In this document: piece by piece, positions 60,820 through 64,000 of the stretch
Position numbering within the stretch: position 1 is the first letter of the stretch
How the letters are laid out: each line of letters starts with the position of its first letter
Assembly (NCBI GenBank): GCA_965645245.1
Contig: OZ287083.1
Span: forward strand, 992,001 to 1,056,000
Source: Massalongia carnosa
Taxonomy: Eukaryota
Direction of reading: 5' to 3'
Length of the DNA: 64,000 bases
Position numbers and translations under genes: made by a program
The notes under the pieces: model-generated
What the model saw: only the letters and a program-made list of their open reading frames with translations
Databases searched by the model: none
Told to the model about the DNA's origin: nothing

Positions 60820-61090
60820 CTCCTCGCTCACTCACTTATGTAACCTACCTAAAACCTAACCCAACCAATCCAATATACCATATCTATGTAACCAACAAAC
60901 AACCCCCTTTTGCCCCCCCCCCCCTCCCCCCTCAAACCACTCACACACACACTCACATACTCACACTCGCTCGCTCACTCACCTAACCAAACTCACCTCC
61001 CCGCCACGAATTCCTCGCGCTCAGCCAACTCGCTCACTCACTTATCCACATCGCGGCGTCCCAAGGTCAGCCAACCAACCAAACATGAAA
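60820..61090. repeat. C/A-rich low-complexity tract (CTCA/CTCG/ACCA/CTAA tetramers, poly-C)
   Basis: ctcactcac, cactcgctcgctcactcacctaacc, cccccccccc. Confidence 0.6.
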
Positions 61091-61943
61091 CTCAGCACGC
61101 TTGGGGGGGAGGAAAGGAAAGGAAGAAAAATAAAAATAAAAACAAAATCTCAAAGCCAGGGCACCCAACACTTACGTTTAGAAACGGCCTGCCTACAATG
61201 AATAGAATCCCGGGGGGGGGAGGGCGCGCGGGGGAGACTTAGAATCTCTAGGGCGAAAGCGGAGTCTCGGAAATGCGGGAGAGAGACGGAGGGAGGGAGG
61301 AAAAATGGGGAGAGGAAGGATAAAGAACGGTAGGTAGGATAAGATAACAAAAACAATCTACTCGTCCTACTTAGCCATCCACGTAACATCAAGGAAACTA
61401 GGCGAATAAAGGGGGCGGCAAAGCCAACCTTATCTACTATCAATACGAAGGTATCAATCTTTGATAACAAGGGAAGGGAAGCCACGGGCGTAAGGGGGGA
61501 TACAGAATACAATCTACTCCTCCATTCCTCATTGAATCGTCCCCCGAGCCCCACGCCCCCCGCCCTAGCTATGCAAACCCCTCTCCTTCCCAAGAAAGCC
61601 ATGTTTTGCAAAGCTCCGTCAATCCAGCTCGTGGGTTTTATGATCTTCGTAATTCTGAGATACGGACATAATGTAGGAAAACGCCCTGCCCCGCCCCCCT
61701 CGGAGGGAAATGAGCCCAGCGGGAGCAAACTCACTTAACCTCTTCCATGCAAGATGCAACGGGCACAGCTATTCCCAAATACCTCCGTCGCTATGCAGCG
61801 TTATGATAAGACGATGCAAAGAAGAGTGCTATTTTAAATCTATGGGTGAATATCTCGTAGATGGAAATACGGAGATGAGTTATTAAAGAATGGCAAGGGA
61901 ATTATTTGCTCGCCCAGGACCGAGAACTCAATGCGTGTTCCAG

Positions 61944-64000
61944 TCACTCGTCCATAGCGGCGTCTAGTTCTACTGTAGCGTCATGAGGGTCAGACACCTC
62001 CTGGCCTTCGATGTTTACCACAATTCGTCGTCCTCGTTTGTGCTCAGGAACTCCGTCTCTTGAGGCGCCAAAATCAAGAACCTAGAATCGCAGATTAGTG
62101 ACCTATTAGTCCAAGGATAGAAGGCAAGCAAACCCACCTCTATATATGTCAGATTATTCCTTTGAACTGCGGCCACACATCTCCGTTCGTTGAATTTAAC
62201 CTGCCAAACGCCGCTCAGGTCGGTTAATAAATCCTTAACAAACTCTCCCGTCGTCACGTTCCACATCTTGAGCGTTCTATCGGACCCGGAAATAACCTTC
62301 TGACCGTCATGTTGGAAGCATGTTATGGCGCCTGTGTGGGCACTTAGGATACTCTTGCATTGGCCGTTCTCGGGATCCCATATGCGAAGAGTGGAGTCTG
62401 CTGCGGCCGATACCAACCGATTCTGTTGAAGATCCAGCAAGCCCACTAGCGACGAGTGGCCTTCGAGATTAAATAGAACCGAGCCAGTATCGAGAGACCA
62501 CACCTTAACCAGAGTGTCCATTGATCCGCTAATACAGCGATTGCGCGTGTGATCCAAAACGACGCTATAGACCTTTTGTGTGTGTCCCTGTAAACGATGT
62601 AACGTCTCACCAGTGGATATTTTCCAAACCCGGACGGTGTAATCGTAGCTTCCACTCACGAGCGTGTCAGCGTGCGCAGCGATAGCCCGTACTGAATGAT
62701 GATGACCGGTAAGTACACGAACAAAATAAGGGCACTCAGCATCATCTGGTGCAGGTCCGGTCTGAAAAACTTGCTTATCGTCGCTTTTGGGAAGCTTCCA
62801 GACCCGGAGATTGGAATCCCGAGAGCCAGTGATGATCAGAGGTTGTTTGGGCATCATGGTAGTCTTACCGTCTCCGCTCTTGATAGCTGTAGGCATCAGA
62901 ATCTGCAAACATCTTACAGTAGACGTGTGGCCCTGAAAGACTTGTGTGCAAACACCCTTTTCGATGTCCCATACTCGCACGGATCTGTCTGTGGAGCCAG
63001 AAACCAGCACGTTCCCCTCGTATTGCAAAGCCCACACGCCTCCCTCATGCCCTTCGAGCCGTGCTCGCAGAGCGCCTGTCTGGGTGTCGTACACGTTTAT
63101 CTTCGTATCGTCACTACCTGTAAGTATCTTGTCCGTGTCAAATTGCAAACAAGTCACGACATGACGCTGATGTGCTCTGAAAGCTATGTGACGGGGTTTG
63201 GTTTCGTCCTGCATCCAGCTGTTACGAATGATGTGATGTCGCTGGTAGATTGACTTGAACAGATGAAGATTCTTGAGGCGGGGTAGGCCAACACGAGGAT
63301 AAGGCACAGCCATGGCGGCAGCATTAGCGGCGGCATAAGGGCCGTCGGCTGTAGACGTCCCGAAACCTACATTGATCGCAGTAACCGTATTCGTCGCGGC
63401 TCTTTTCTGTTGCTTTCGAGGTTTGGGTTTGAACTTAGAAGGGGCCTTTCTCTTTGACCGCTTAGTCTGGGGAGTTGAAACACCGCTGGCTGGAGCGGTA
63501 AGAGTGCTGAGTCCCGATTGTCCAGCATGCGCGGAAGACACTGACCATTCTGTGTCGGAGGGTATAAGCCCAGAAGCACCAAGGTCCTTCTCCCAATCAT
63601 CAGGACGAGATGCATGTTGCCAACCCCAGCCTTCACGAATTGCTCTCTGAAGCTCGCCGTCTGGCAACCGATATCCATCGGCATCAAACAAGCGTTTCCA
63701 CGCTTCTTCGTCAGAGTCAACTATTTCTCTCCATTTTCTCGATACTTGAGCTGCGCGACAGAGAGTCTTGACATCCAGATATCCAACAATGTTCAAGCAG
63801 AGTTCTATCGGGAGCAGAGAAAGAAAATCGCACTTGAGCGCTGGGTTAACGGTGTCGGCAACGAAATGTAGCACCGGTTTCGAGCAGCGACGTAAGAATT
63901 GATGCATCATGTAGAGCTTCATCTTCTCTGGCATGGCTTCAAAAGAATCCAGCATCGTGGGTATACTCATCATCGAAGGGTTAGCAAGCTGATTATTGCA
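61944..64000 (-). CDS. CDC4: F-box/WD40 protein Cdc4; 5' end lies beyond the window
   Basis: LKCDFLSLLPIELCLNIVGYL F-box; VVTCLQFD, GHEGGVWAL, GHTSTVRCL and further WD repeats; last exon VLDFGASRDG ends at TGA 61944. Confidence 0.93.

Overview
Eukaryotic, intron-rich, gene-dense DNA from a filamentous ascomycete (Pezizomycotina; a lichen-forming or related lineage is only my guess). Conserved genes in order: RGP1 (partial), RRG9, a WDR62/MAPKBP1-like WD40 protein, SPO22/ZIP4, acuM/RDS2, a CENP-Q-like gene, a TMEM135-like gene, COX11, RFC5, MRPL16, RFC1, an MFS sugar/polyol porter with an in-frame stop, Dicer-like DCL2, PRE8, a RING-CH E3 ligase, an orphan ORF and CDC4 (partial). The 13-39 kb interval is rich in transposons. 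It holds two intact Tc1-like DNA transposons, a non-autonomous MULE with an 8-bp TSD, an HNH pseudogene, an intronless bHLH gene, a 5'-truncated LINE and a near-full-length LINE with a 14-bp TSD and RIP-type stops. Two signals stand out. (1) An intact DD38E Tc1-type transposase with perfect 46-bp TIRs is flanked by a 5-bp duplication (AGAGC) instead of TA. (2) Chained TA-C(A/G)GAG-TA motifs occur in several promoters, and their core equals the terminal 5 nt of the neighbouring Tc1 element, suggesting accumulated excision footprints. All family calls are from motif recognition by eye; no database search was run, and exon boundaries are hand-traced.
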